Source: Vicugna vicugna
Taxonomy: Eukaryota
Assembly (NCBI GenBank): GCA_013265495.1
Contig: MU058384.1
Span: 4,077,239-4,141,238, forward strand
Reading direction: 5' to 3'
Length of the DNA stretch: 64,000 nucleotides
Of the stretch, positions 13,687-27,500 are shown piece by piece. How positions within the stretch are numbered: the first letter of the stretch is position 1; each line of letters starts with the position of its first letter. Below the pieces are notes generated by a model that saw only the letters and a list, made by a program, of their open reading frames with translations, was not told the DNA's origin and made no database searches. Both the position numbers and the translations under genes were made by a program.

Positions 13687-15437
13687 GTAAATAGCATTCA
13701 TTTTTCTAGTTTTCAGTTTTGGCTTATTTGAGAAAGTGTGGCTACTGAACTCATGATTTAGACAGGTTAAAAGTGGTGTGGTCTGAAGCTTTTGTTTTAT
13801 ATTGGTGGCTAGTAAGCAGTAAGGCAGATTTTAAAAATTAGTTTCAGGAAAAAATTCTCTTTATCTCTTCTGGTAATAGGTTGTGTGTTTGCTTCTACTT
13901 CTATAAACACATCTACTTAAAGACTCAGAACACACTAAGCTATTTAAAAATAGAACAAGACAAAATAACTCTGCTTATTTAACTCATCTTCCTTTATGCA
14001 TCCAAGAGGAGTTCCATAACAACACTTTTCCCCGTTATGCGGCTGTTAAAGTAATTAAAGTTTATTGCTTATTATATGCTCAACATTGTATTAAGTATAT
14101 TACATATATCAACTCATTTAATCCTCACAGCTCTGAGGAAGGTACTGTCTTTATGTATTTCTTAACTTGGAATTAAGAGTAAGAGAAGACAAAGCTGGTA
14201 TGTCTCTTTGAAGATATGTTTTATTCTGGAATAAATATTTGAAACCTCTTGAATCTGTCATTTATGGCTTTTTTGTAAGGAAGTATGTAGACATTGTTGC
14301 CTCTTCTATCAACTTGTTTCAGTACTTTTAAATACTATTTAATAATACTGAAGCTAGGTCAGTAGAATAATTGTGTCTTAAGACATGTTTGGTTATAGGA
14401 GAAATGGTTGAAATATATGCCAGTTGCAGGCTATTAGGAAAGTTTAGGGAGTTGATTTTTATGGCAACGGTTACTTATTTTGTATAGTAAGTAGAAATTT
14501 GGAAATAGTTGTAGCAGAAATAAAATTGGGAGGCATATATATATGTTTAGTTTTGTAAAGAGTATATTTTATAAAACTGTTACTGATTCCTGTACCTAGT
14601 GTCTGGTTATATTGCATTAAATACTAGGTAGTGTTTAGAAGAGTTAAAGTACTGGTGCCCAAGGCTCTCTTTTTTCTTGTAGTTCCAATATTTCTTTCTT
14701 GCAGCAATCTCTCCAGTTTCTTCATCTTTTATCCTTTTTCATCTTCTCACCAGAAAGCTACAGGGTGAACTAGGCATTGTCACATAAGTCCATTTTATTC
14801 TGCAGTCATGACTATTGAAAGCAGAGCCATGGCTCCAGCTGTTCAGAGACTTAGTGACCTTTATTCTACTAGGAGACTATCCATCACCATTCCAAGCAGT
14901 ATTGTATACATGGAGTGGTCAGTTTAGTCCTATTTCAAGTCCATAAAGCACTTATGATGACTGTCGGGTAGGTTTATTTTATTTTATTTTTTTTAGTATT
15001 ATGCCACTTGTATTTTCTTTGTTTCAGGTTCCTTATCTGTAATACTCTGATACTTATCTTTTTTACAGGAGAGGTAGGCTTTGGTATTGGGCACAGAATA
15101 ACATCTAACATACTGCTGCAGTTTGGTACTGCTTTTTCTGGCTTCTGCAGCTGCTGCTGTTTTAAATTGAGGCACATTGGTGGGGCAGTCCATAGAAAAC
15201 TTCTGTTCTGTCTTCAGTATTACAGTGCCTGCCATGCAGGTGAAAATAGTTTTAGTCAGGGATAATTGACTGTCTTAGTACTCATTTGAAAAGAACAGAT
15301 GTGAATAATGTCCTTTGAGAAATTTATATTTTATAAAATCAATTTGTATGTAAATAAGTTAAATAGTAATGTAAAATTTCTTCACTTGTATTGCAATTTT
15401 AACCTTTTTTCTCTCTCATTTGACTAGGAGAAAAGAA

Positions 15438-15541
15438 ATGGGTCGCTCCAATTCTAGATCACATTCTTCAAGATCAAAATCTAGATCACAGTCTAGTTCT
15501 CGATCAAGATCAAGATCACACTCTAGGAAGAAGAGATACAG
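15438..15541 (+). CDS. BCLAF1: BCLAF1 exon 3 coding part (exon starts 15428), RS domain start
   Basis: gaaATGG start, [34 protein letters not shown], donor CAG|gtgaat. Confidence 0.96.
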
Positions 15542-18500
15542 GTGAATTACTGTGCTTTTAATTTATTCAATAACGGTAATTGTACCAACTAACATTTAAG
15601 AAGTGGTCACACAGACACAGTGCTAAATTCATTACGGTATTTTATTCTCAGCCCTGTGAAATGGATCTGTTATCCTTATCTTAGAGTTAGTCCACTGGAG
15701 GTCTTGGAATGTATTTCCTGCAGATTTCGTGGGGACAGCTATAATGCTGAGATGAAGAGATAAATTGGATTTTGTATAAGAATTACACTGTTTCATAGTT
15801 TCTCATTTCTGACTTTGAGGTCTCAATAAGTCTCTTCTTTGTATAAAAATGATTAACTCCAGTTATCTTTCTTCAAATAGTAGTGCATACTTAACAAAGA
15901 AAACAAGCTGCAAATTGAAAATGAAAGTGACTAATCTCATTAAAAGTTAATACCAGTTTATTATTTTTTATATTATCCATGGCGTTACATACTCATTACA
16001 CTGTCACTTGAAGTGCGTGCATAAATGTACTGTAATTTGTTAGTGTGTCCTATTGTTGGATGTCAATTTTTTCCCCAGTTTTCTGTGCCTTCATTCCTAA
16101 AGCCTTTATTTTCTCGATATTTACCTTAGAACTGAGTCTTTCTTCACTGAAAACAGTAAACTTTTACTTTTGTATAAATAAGGGCTTTTAAAAAATGTAC
16201 ATTTTTTGGCTTTGACAACTTACTTTCATGTTATATTTAACCAGAAGTATTTAGAATTGTAGGACAGAATAGTTCATTATTCTTGCATTGATATTTATTT
16301 CATTTTTAGTTCTAGGTCTCGTTCCAGGACATATTCAAGATCTCGTAGTAGAGATCGTATTTATTCTAGAGATTATCGCCGAGATTACAGAAATAATAGA
16401 GGAATGAGACGACCTTATGGGTACAGAGGAAGGGGTAGAGGGTATTACCAAGGAGGAGGAGGTAGATATCATCGAGGTGGATATAGACCTGTCTGGAATA
16501 GAAGACACTCCAGGAGTCCTAGACGAGGTCGTTCACGTTCCAGGAGTCCAAAAAGAAGATCCGTTTCTTCTCAAAGATCCCGAAGCAGATCTCGCCGGTC
16601 ATATAGATCCTCTAGGTCTCCAAGATCATCATCTTCTCGTTCTTCGTCCCCGTATAGCAAATCTCCTGTCTCTAAAAGACGAGGGTCTCAGGAAAAACAA
16701 ACCAAAAAAGCTGAAGGGGAGCCCCAAGAAGAGAGTCCTCTGAAAAGTAAATCGCAGGAGGAACCTAAAGATACATTTGAACATGACCCTTCTGAATCTG
16801 TGGATGAGTTCAATAAATCATCAGCCACGTCTGGTGATATTTGGCCTGGCCTTTCAGCTTATGATAATAGTCCCAGATCGCCCCATAGTCCTTCACCAAT
16901 CGCTACACCACCTAGTCAGAGTTCATCTTGCTCTGATGCCCCCATGCTCAGTACAGTCCACTCTGCAAAAAACACCCCCTCTCAGCATTCACATTCCATT
17001 CAGCATAGTCCTGAAAGGTCTGGATCTGGTTCTGTTGGAAATGGATCTAGTAGATACAGTCCTTCACAGAATAGTCCAATTCATCACATCCCTTCACGAA
17101 GAAGCCCTGCAAAGACAATCACACCACAGAATGCTCCAAGAGATGAGGCTAGGGGACGTTCCTCATTTTATCCTGATGGTGGAGATCAGGAGACTGCAAA
17201 AACAGGAAAATTCTTAAAAAGGTAAGAACTGAAGTAGAGAATTTAGGTTATAATATTACTATTTCTGTGCTTTGAATTCAGTTGGGGTTTATAAGACTTA
17301 AAATTGCTTTGTGATGTGTATTTAGCTAGTTTTACTCATGATTTCTTTATAACTCCAAATTGTTTTTACTTACATCTAGTTATCTTTGGAAGTGAAATGT
17401 TTTAAAAGAAGCTAATTCATACTCCTCCTTTTCATTTTACCCATTTTTGGTCAGTCCAGAATTAAGAATGTGAATGAGAAATGTAGTAGCATAAAGCATA
17501 ACTAACTGTTAATGTGTGGTAAAAACAGTAAGAATTTACAGAGGTTAATTCTATAAGCGGTGAGACATTAGAAGCTTATTTTGTTCTCTTTACCATTATA
17601 ACGTGACCTACGTAAATAATGCAGTTATATTACATGTTCTCATACGGTATTATGAACATCCTAGCTGCCAATATTTAGTAAATCTGCCTGATCGTAGAAA
17701 AGATAAGTGGTATTTCTTACTAGCTCTAGTAACATTTCAGAGAGATACTTGGTTTAAATTCTAATTTTTCAAGTGTTGCTAAGAGTTGCCAGAAAACTTA
17801 ATGAAAATGGGTTGCTAAGATAGTATGATTGATTTATAAATGGGGAAATAGAGCAAGCATGCTATTTGTGGTATGGAGCAGTATATCCTAAAACTAATTT
17901 TCTTATTGAACTAATATATAGTTTCTACTTAATATTACCAGAAATAATTTTCTATTGCAAAGTAGTTATGAAATATTTTGTGATTTATAGAAGATTATTA
18001 TATATCTGATACTAACTACAGTGGTGTTTGTTCACATTTGTGAACTCTTATTTTTATATTAGTACTTAAGTGAAATAGTCTGAAATTTTGAGTCTAAGTA
18101 GAATTTTAATAAGTAAGTGTATCATTTATTAGAGGTTCTTAGCCTCTGACATTAAACTGTGCTGTGTATTATAGAATCTCCGGAAATTTGGGGTTGGTAG
18201 TGCAAAATTGTGGACTATGACTAGAGCAGGTTTTTGAGAATGGCTTTACTTTTTTTTAAAACTTTAGGAAGTCTAATATGTAAATTTATTTAAAAACTCA
18301 GTACATAAGCTTTATGGGTGCTTTTAATGATTTTTAAAAGTAGAGTCTGAAAAAGTGCTTTTCAGTAGGGTTTTTTTCCTCTTATTACTGGTCCTGTGCT
18401 ATTGGGCAACACATTTAAGAATGCAAGTGATCTGCAATGAATGCAATCCAGAGTTACCATCCTCTTCTTTGCTTATTCACAGGTTCACAGATGAAGAGTC

Positions 18501-21500
18501 TAGAGTATTCCTGCTTGATAGGGGTAATACCAGGGATAAAGAGGCTCCCAAGGAGAAAGGATCAGAGAAAGGGAGGGCAGAGGGAGAATGGGAAGATCAG
18601 GAAGCTTTAGATTACTTCAGTGATAAAGAGTCTGGAAAACAAAAGTTTAATGATTCAGAAGGGGATGACACAGAGGAGACAGAGGATTACAGACAGTTCA
18701 GGAAGTCAGTTCTTGCAGATCAGGGTAAAAATTTTGCTACTACATCTCACCGGAATACTGAGGAGGAAGGACCCAAGTACAAGTCCAAAGTTTCATTGAA
18801 AGGCAATAGAGAAAGTGATGGATTTAGAGAAGAAAAAAATTATAAACTTAAAGAGACTGGATATGTAGTGGAAAGGCCTAGTACTACAAAAGATAAGCAC
18901 AAGGAAGACGACAAAAACTCTGAGAGAATAACAGTAAAGAAAGAAACTCAGTCACCTGAGCAGGTAAAGTCTGAAAAGCTCAAAGACCTCTTTGATTACA
19001 GTCCCCCTCTACACAAGAATCTGGATGCACGAGAAAAGTCTACCTTCAGAGAGGAGAGCCCACTTAGGATCAAAATGATAGCCAGTGATTCTCACCGTCC
19101 TGAAGTCAAACTCAAAATGGCACCGGTTCCTCTTGATGATTCTAACAGGTAATTCCACGTTGATACCCAATAAATAATCTGTGGGTGGTTCGTTAACATT
19201 CTAGTTAATTATTTTATTTTCTGAACATAATTCTCCATTTTCATATTCAAACCAATGGTATATTTTGTTTGTGTGTGTGTTTGTTACTGATATGCTCCAG
19301 ACCTGCTTCCTTGACTAAAGACAGGCTACTTGCTAGTACACTTGTCCATTCTGTCAAGAAGGAGCAAGAATTCCGATCCATCTTTGACCACATTAAGTTG
19401 CCACAGGCCAGCAAAAGCACTTCAGAGTCATTTATTCAACACATTGTGTCCTTGGTTCATCATGTTAAAGGTATGTTTTGTATGTTTAGTATTGTGAATT
19501 TAGTATGTTGAGTATTGCAGATTTCTCTTGCAAAAAAAAGAAGTTAGGCATAATGATTAATGTATCCCAGCAAGTATATGTAGACACCATTAAAATTTTG
19601 AAAAAATAGTTTCATGAAAGAGATAACCAGTCTTGTTGGATTAAGACCGATGAAGATATTTAATAAAAAGTGATTGAAATGCTAAATAGAATTAAAACGT
19701 ACCTGAAAAATCTGTATCATGATAAAACATGACATAGGTTTATTTAATGCTAGAAGTCTTGAAATGTCCCGTAATGCTATATTTGAAGTGCAGAGTGCTT
19801 ACAGAGTATCTTTCCCTGCATGCATGTGACTTGTGATAATGTACTCTTGGCATAGATTTATAACAAAGTGAGGCAGTATTGTTACTATTATTTATTAAGA
19901 ATTTCTTTTCAACTTTTAAAGGGACCTGAACACAGTGTTAAATGTTTTGTGTTTTTTTTGTGTATGTGTGTGTTACTTAATTTGTCATAACACTTAGCTT
20001 TTTTATATGACAGATAAGCCAGAAAAAAAATTTATTAGAATTTTTAAAGGGGAAAAAATTCAAGAAACTTAAAAATATGTTAGATAAGTAGTGATGATGT
20101 GAATAGTGACTACTTAGGATAATAATGACGACATTTCTTTAGGTCCTAAAGATGATAAGGTGTTTTATTTCAACTAATGTAATTAATGATGTTCTATCTT
20201 CACCAGTATGTAATTTTAGTCTCAAAGTTACTGATAATTTTCAAAGATTACTTTTTGGGCAGTTGGGTTTTGTTTTTGTTTGTTTTTGTGTTTAAAAGGT
20301 AGCTTACTGTGAAATAGATTCTTACCCAGGAATCTCCATGGCTGTTGCTCTTAAAAGCTGTTTTTTGAAAAAAAAGTTTGTCTTTTGATGTGAGAACAAC
20401 TCTACATTGTAGTAGCTGAAACTTGTAACTAGCAAGTTCTTTAGGCACTTGATACTTCAAAACAGTGAATAGTTAATGAATTTCTTTTTGACTGTAATTA
20501 TTTAAACATGGTAACGAGAGTTTTGTTATTGGACTATAACTACGTTTGTGAACCAGTTTATGACCATATTACTTGGTACATAAATTATGAAACATTAACA
20601 TTTTTTCTTTTTTCACCTTTTTTGACCTGTCTCCACATTTTACAGTTTATTGCTGAAATTTTGAGATCAGATTTTGATAAAATTTTTCCTTTTTCATTTT
20701 CTTTTTTTTTTAAAAAGAACTGTAGTTATGTTTCATTATTGGTATTGTACAACCGATCTGAACAGCTCTTACTTAATACAGAGCTGAAAATGCCCAGTGA
20801 TGTTTTCTTTTTCATTGTAACTAGGTCCTGGAATATGTTTTGAAATGGCAAATCCATGTTTCAAAGTAAAATAGCTGTTGAAAGATACAGGCAAAGTTGA
20901 ATCTTCTGTCTTCCTGGCAAAAATGGCATAAAAACTGAGTTGCTAGCTCAAATTCCTGGGTTTCATGGAATTATGATTGAGGCACTACCCTTGTAGTGGC
21001 CGTTTCAAGTTTTAATGATTGGTTATGAGACATGTGCTGGATATTGGGCGGTAAGTTGACACAGATGTATGTTGACCTGTTAAGCAGATAGCTTGCTTCG
21101 TAATGTAACGTTTCATGACTTTATACGTCTTTTTATATTACATTTACAGCATATCTTGAAATGGTGTAAAAACTAGTCAGTGTTGATATTTCCAATTTAA
21201 AAATTGTTAAACGAAAGACAAGACAGTAATATCAAATGTATTGTCAGGTTTGCCAAGATGCCAGATTTTTGGAGTAGTTAGTGAGTTTAATTGATTTAAA
21301 AATGTTTTTCCAACCGAAATGGCAGTACTCAGTTTTTTCTTAAATCCAATTTTTTGTTGTCAACATAGCTCTTGATGAAATACTTTTATTATTTCACTAA
21401 AACCAGCTGTGTAGTTACTTCAGTTTTTTGTTTTGTTTTGTTTTCTGCAGTTACTTGAAGTTAAGTTCATTGGTTCATATTGGCAAGGCTTTAAGGACTT

Positions 21501-24500
21501 TCACATTGTTTCTTTTTGTTCTGTTTGAGGAAGTGTAGTGCGTTATTGAAATGGAATTAGACTCTCAATATATTTATTATTCTTGGCGTTCATGTAATAT
21601 TGACAGGCACCTATAAGGAACTTTGCATCAGTTAACCTGTTGAGGTGCAAGAAGTAAAAGGGACAGGATAAGAGTTCTTTGTAACACTTGGTTCTCTTCT
21701 GCGAGGATTCTTGAGTATTTTTATTTTTTTTTTCACCTGCTACATGCCCTTCTGTCATAAATGAAAATCCCTTTTAAAGATAACTAATTGGGCAGTATTT
21801 CTCCTAAATCAACAGAGCAATACTTCAAATCACCTGCAATGACCCTAAACGAGAGATTCACTTCATATCAGAAAGCCACTGAAGAACATAGTACCCGGCA
21901 AAAGAGCCCTGAGATACACAGGTATATATGCTGTTGAATGGGCGTGTAAAAATGTTGTTTTGATAGGGAGATACTATTTAGATAAGGTTTATTGAAACTA
22001 TACAAGATTAAACGAGATTATATTGCAACTATATACAAGATACATGAAACTATAACAGACATTATGACACAAATGAACTTTGATTTATACCTTGAATAAA
22101 CATGTCCAGTCTTGAAAAATTTATAATTTACTGTATCTTAATTTTCAGTTTTATTTGATTTAAACTGGTTGTTGGAACTTAAAATGCGAACTCTTATCAC
22201 TTTCTGTATGGACTTAAATTGTTAACCACGTTTGTATTTTGGGGAGGGGGTTGGATGCTTAGAGTAAGTAACCCTTGAATTTAATCTGCTTCCAGTAAGT
22301 TTGTAAAATAAAAATGCTTGGCGAGAGGTAGAATTGTTTTTCATGAAAATGACATGAACGTTGTAGTCAGACAGTTATGTTCAACACCTTGCTCTCTCTC
22401 ACTTAATTGCATTGTAATAAATTATTTAATCTCTGAACATCCATCTACAAACAGGTAACAATACCTCTTGCAGGATGGTGACAATTAGTAGTATTGGTTA
22501 TAAAGTGTCTAATTCAGTGCTTAGTCCATAGTAAGCATGGTTTTGGTGGCAACTGCTGAAGAAGCACTGAGCAGATGCAACTGACAGTAGCTTAAAATGG
22601 CAAGGAAAGGCACAAAATAAAACTAAAGAGCCACTGAATGTGTAAAAATATTGGAGATACTTAACAAATAATCCTATTTGTGTGTTCATTGAGAATATTG
22701 AGATAATTGTATGATGATTGACACTTAAAATGATAATACTCAATTTAATCAAAACATGTTTTTCTTTTTTTGATGGTTAAAATAAACTTGGTATTTTCAA
22801 AGATCAGGCTTCATTTATGTATAAAAATAATAAGGTTGAAGCATTTTAATTGGTGTTTAATAAATGTAGTTTTTATTAATTGTTTATTAGGAATTAGATT
22901 AGTAATTTTGCCATGCTAAATTGGTTGACTGGGAGAGAAACAACTATCATTTCCTTTACAAAAATAGGCACTTTTAGGAATTTTTAGAAGTATAAAGTTA
23001 ATATGACTACAAATAGACTTTATTTTACATTAAGGAGAATTGACATCTCTCCAAGTGCCCTGAGGAAGCATACGCGTTTAGCAGGGGAAGAGAGAGTTTT
23101 TAAGGAAGAAAATCAAAAGGTATGTTTTGAATGAACCTCTTTTTTTTATGTTAACTTCAGCTTAGCTAATGTTGTACTAATAAGTGTAGTTTGTCTAGGC
23201 AAAATGTTTACGGGTATCATCTATTTTTAACTTGTTAAATACATTATATATATTTATGGTAGTATGTATAGTGTTTCTTCATAGAAAAAATTAAACTGAC
23301 ACTAAACTGTGTGTCTTAAGTCACACCCAGAATAATTTCTTTAAGTGCTAATGAAAGGAAGAAACTAGTTCTAAGAAAAGGGTAAAGAATCAATGAGTAG
23401 ACAAAGGAAAAGTATAAAAGCAAAGATTCAAATTATATTAGGGTTTCTGTAAAGTGTAGAGGTGAAATGGATGAGTCAGAATAAGTATTTCTTGACTTAT
23501 GTGTGCCTAAATTAATATATCTAGGTTGTGAAGAGAGAACAAGAAGTTATCTCCAGTGCTACTGGACATTTTTGATCTGGACTAAGAAATAAGAATTCTA
23601 AGAACTGGTTTACAAATGAACAAAAACTGTCACTATTGGAATATTTGTGAATTGTCAGGGAAGAATGCTTTTAAACTTGAGAAAGGAGCCTGTGAATGAC
23701 TGGTGTTGGGGTAGGGGGCTCTGAGAATGGAGTTCAGTTGTTAAGGGGCCTCTAATTTATTGATAATTTGAAATTGACATTTTCTAGGTAGATTAATCTA
23801 TCTGAGAGGCCGTAAAAGTCTAGTAGAAATGCAGAGCAAGGTAAAAAGGGATCAACTGTTTTATAATTAAAAAGTTCGGGGACTTGGAAGAGTATTTGCT
23901 TGGTTCAAATTCTGGGCATCACCACGTACTGTCTCTGTGATACCAGGAAAGTAATTAGCTTCTTGGACATTAGTTTTCTAATAAGAAAAATGAGAATACA
24001 TCTGTTTTGCAGAGTTGAATAATTGGTCTGTTATGAAAACGTTGGCATTTTTATTACTAGAAGCTGTTATTAACACTTGTAGTATATAACCTTTTTCATA
24101 AGGCATACTATTAGCTTTTTGGATAAGAAATATAGGCCTTGGAAAGAAAGTGGTTTCTATGCATGGGGCATGTTGATTTTAGAAAAATAGATTCCAAGAA
24201 ATGAATGCCAATTTTGGCTTTTACTTTCAGTACCTTTTGATCAATGTTGGTTAATTTTGTTTTGCCCACAATTTAGTCTATCCTTGTGCTTTGACAAAGT
24301 GAGTGAGTGTCTTCTCTCTTCATTACTCAAACCAGATTTTGATCTAGAGGAGAGAAAATAGTGATAACCGATGGACAAAGGGATATGACTGCTTTTTATC
24401 CTTCATCTTGCTAATCAGAATGAACAGTTAACATATATGTAGTACTATGTAATTAATGTATATATATAGTTTGGGGTTTACAAAGTACTTTCGTTTATAT

Positions 24501-27500
24501 TGTTACTTGTGGGCTTGGTAACAACATATTACTAGGTGCATAGAAAGGTTTTTGCTCTTGATTAGATTTTTCTTGTTAGTGTGGGAGCAAATAGGTGAGT
24601 AGTTGATACCATTTGGAGATATATTTATACTTTCATTTTTATGAATGTTTATGAACATTATATCTAGTCTTCCCAGACTAAGTACTTCTTATTGTTGAAT
24701 AGTAGCAAGGATGTCCACAATGCTTAGCATCTTACTGATGTATAATTTTTCTTCATTCCTAGATGCCTCTTTCCATCTTCCTAAATTATATAGTATTTGA
24801 AAAAGCAATGGAACAAGAAGGAGGTGAATTGTGACCCAGTTAAACTAATGTCCGTTGCAATACCTGAATTGAGAAAGGGCAGTATATGGCCCAAGATTCT
24901 GAGTACAGGATTGGGAATAATATCTTTCTGGCTTTGTTTCTACCCTTGTTCAACCTCAGTTGGTTTCGTTAATCATACTGCGCTTGCATGTTACGGAAAT
25001 TACAGAACACTTACTTTTGAAGTGGCTTTTATTGGGTTGGTCAACTTATTTGGGAAGAGCTTGATGATAATGAGGCTTAAATAAATGATGTGAGAACCAT
25101 TACTTTAGGATCCTTTAACTTTGTAGGCAGATGGCTACACCCACAATTGAGTATAACCTCTACCACTGTTCAGTCATTTAAAAACCATTTCGAAGGATAA
25201 GGGGTGATAATTAACAAGGATGTGTCAAGTGGAAAATAATTAAATCATTTTATTATATGAAAGTTTATTATAAATTGCTTTAAACAAAAACCTGTGACAT
25301 TTTCTGGATAATTAGCTTTTAATAACTTCCTCAGTCCCTTTGTGTACACAAATGTTTAGTGAGAACATCAAGTACGTTTTGAAAAGTACGGAAGTAGTAT
25401 GTTATGATTCGTTCTTTTCTGATACTAAAATGCCAGCTTAGAAACTGGCATAAAGTTTGACTATATATATGCATTTTTTTTCCTATAGCTTCCCTGAAAT
25501 CTGTATTTTACATCTATCTTTTATAGGGAGATAAAAAATTAAGGTGTGATTCTGCTGATCTTCGACATGACATTGATCGTCGGAGAAAAGAAAGAAGTAA
25601 AGAACGGGGGGATTCCAAGGGCTCCAGGGAATCCAGTGGATCAAGAAAGCAGGAAAAAACTCCAAAAGATTACAAGGAATACAAATCTTACAAAGATGAC
25701 AGGTAATTGTTAACACTGTCTGAGTTAGGTTTTAGCTTCTAATTAGCCTTTAATAATTGTCAGCTTAATTGCTTTCAATTTTGACTGTGTAATCGAATGT
25801 TTAAATTTAAACAATTAAAATTATTTGTTTTACAGCAAAAATGTATTTGTCTTTTACACGGCTTATGGTGGATGAGGACAAAAACTTTGGAATAGCAAGC
25901 TAACACTGAAAAAAAAAATGACAAATTAATGTGTCCTATTATCCAGGCTACATCAGGAGGTTGGACTTCAATGCAGTGCATTTCTAGAAACAGTTTGTGT
26001 AAGAACTTTGGTTCGTTATGCTTGATTCCGCACTTTTTCAACTCATAACACCCAGAGTACAAGAATTTTAAACTGATATCTAGTGGTTTAACATGGGAGA
26101 GATGGGGGGAGGAAGGACTAGTTTTATGAAATAGCAATGTGTATTAGTCTTTCAAAGTAATGTTTCCATGGATACTGTTAGCAGTGGTAAGAGTTAACGC
26201 AGGTATGACCTTTTCGAGTGTTGCATTAGAATCATGTAAAATTGATCATCATAGAGTCAAATAAATAATAGGAATACTAAGTATCATAGATAATCGTTTT
26301 TCTTGCTATTCATTAGGTAAATGGTGGATTTTACTTGTGTTTTAAAATTTATGACTGGTATTTTTTATAGCATATGCTTTTTATTTCAATAATGGAGTTA
26401 CAGCCCAAACCATTCCAACTGTTCTCACCCAGGGTGTACAAACTGCAGTCATTTTGAAACTTGGCCTTAAGAACATTCTTACTTTTTCCTACTCTTCTCT
26501 TCCTTTCATAAAGTAAAAATAAAGTTAAAAATATTGAAGAACTGACCCTTACTCTTGAAGTTTCCAGACTGCTAGTCTCTAACTGGCAGGTCATAGCATG
26601 TTTTTCAGTAGTGATGTAAAACAAATATTGAAAGAGAATGGAAACATATTTTGTCAAAGTTTAACACCCAATCATTTTAGTTATGTAATGATTTTAATAG
26701 GGGATAGTTTTTTTGACTTGAAAAATATCCCTTTTATTATAAGATTCAACAGGGTCATTCTTTTTAAAAATAGCACTTTTTTTTTGTTTCCTTTATTTAT
26801 TTTGCAGTAAACATAAAAGTAGAGAGCAAGATCATTCTCGATCTTCATCCTCTTCAGCATCACCTTCTTCTCCCAGTTCTCGAGAAGAAAAGGAGAGTAA
26901 GAAGGAAAGAGAAGAAGAATTTAAAACTCACCATGAACTGAAAGAATACTCAGGCTTTGCAGGAGTTAGCCGACCACGAGGAACCTTTGTAAGTAATAAA
27001 ATTATCTTTGATTGTTTGATAGAACTTTAGAGTATTGTACATAAGGAAAGTATATGATTTAGATATTGTCTACTGTATCAGTCATTACCCCTATAGTCAG
27101 AATTAGTCTTGAAAAGTGAAATGGTATTTGAAATATCTTCATTAAGAAATGCCATTTAGGGGGAATGAGGAGGGGCTGGAGCTGGGATGGTGCTTTCTTT
27201 GTATATAAAGTAAAAAAAATGAATGTTTTTGCCTAATTTGAAAAAGATAAAATGCCATTTTGAGATCTAGAAGCATCTGTACAATCTAGATACTTAAGTT
27301 TGGAATCAATAACTGTACATAATGCTTAAAGACCCAAGAGTCAAGGAAAGTTAATGATTGAGATCAATTTCTTTAATCACTTAGTTTTTGAAATGGTATC
27401 TTGAAACAAATAAAATCCTTACGTTCATTTGTGTATTAACAGCTATTTTCATTTTTGCCTGTTTTCTTCAAGTCCTTGTTTATAAGTGTATCAATCATAG

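Noticed and set aside
16417..17217. Alternative-frame ORFs of 108 and 146 aa within BCLAF1 exon 4
   Set aside because: Explained by RS/SP codon usage. They lie far downstream of the main start and have no independent support.
18355..18482. Open frame extending upstream of exon 5
   Set aside because: Intronic. A proper acceptor at 18482 gives the expected protein.
18961..18969. Donor-like CAG|gtaaag within exon 5
   Set aside because: Only 38 nt from the internal acceptor, too short for an exitron.
20091..20234. C/D-box-like motifs (GTGATGA ... CTGA) in intron 6
   Set aside because: No convincing terminal stem or recognisable rRNA antisense element, and it is far from the 3' splice site.
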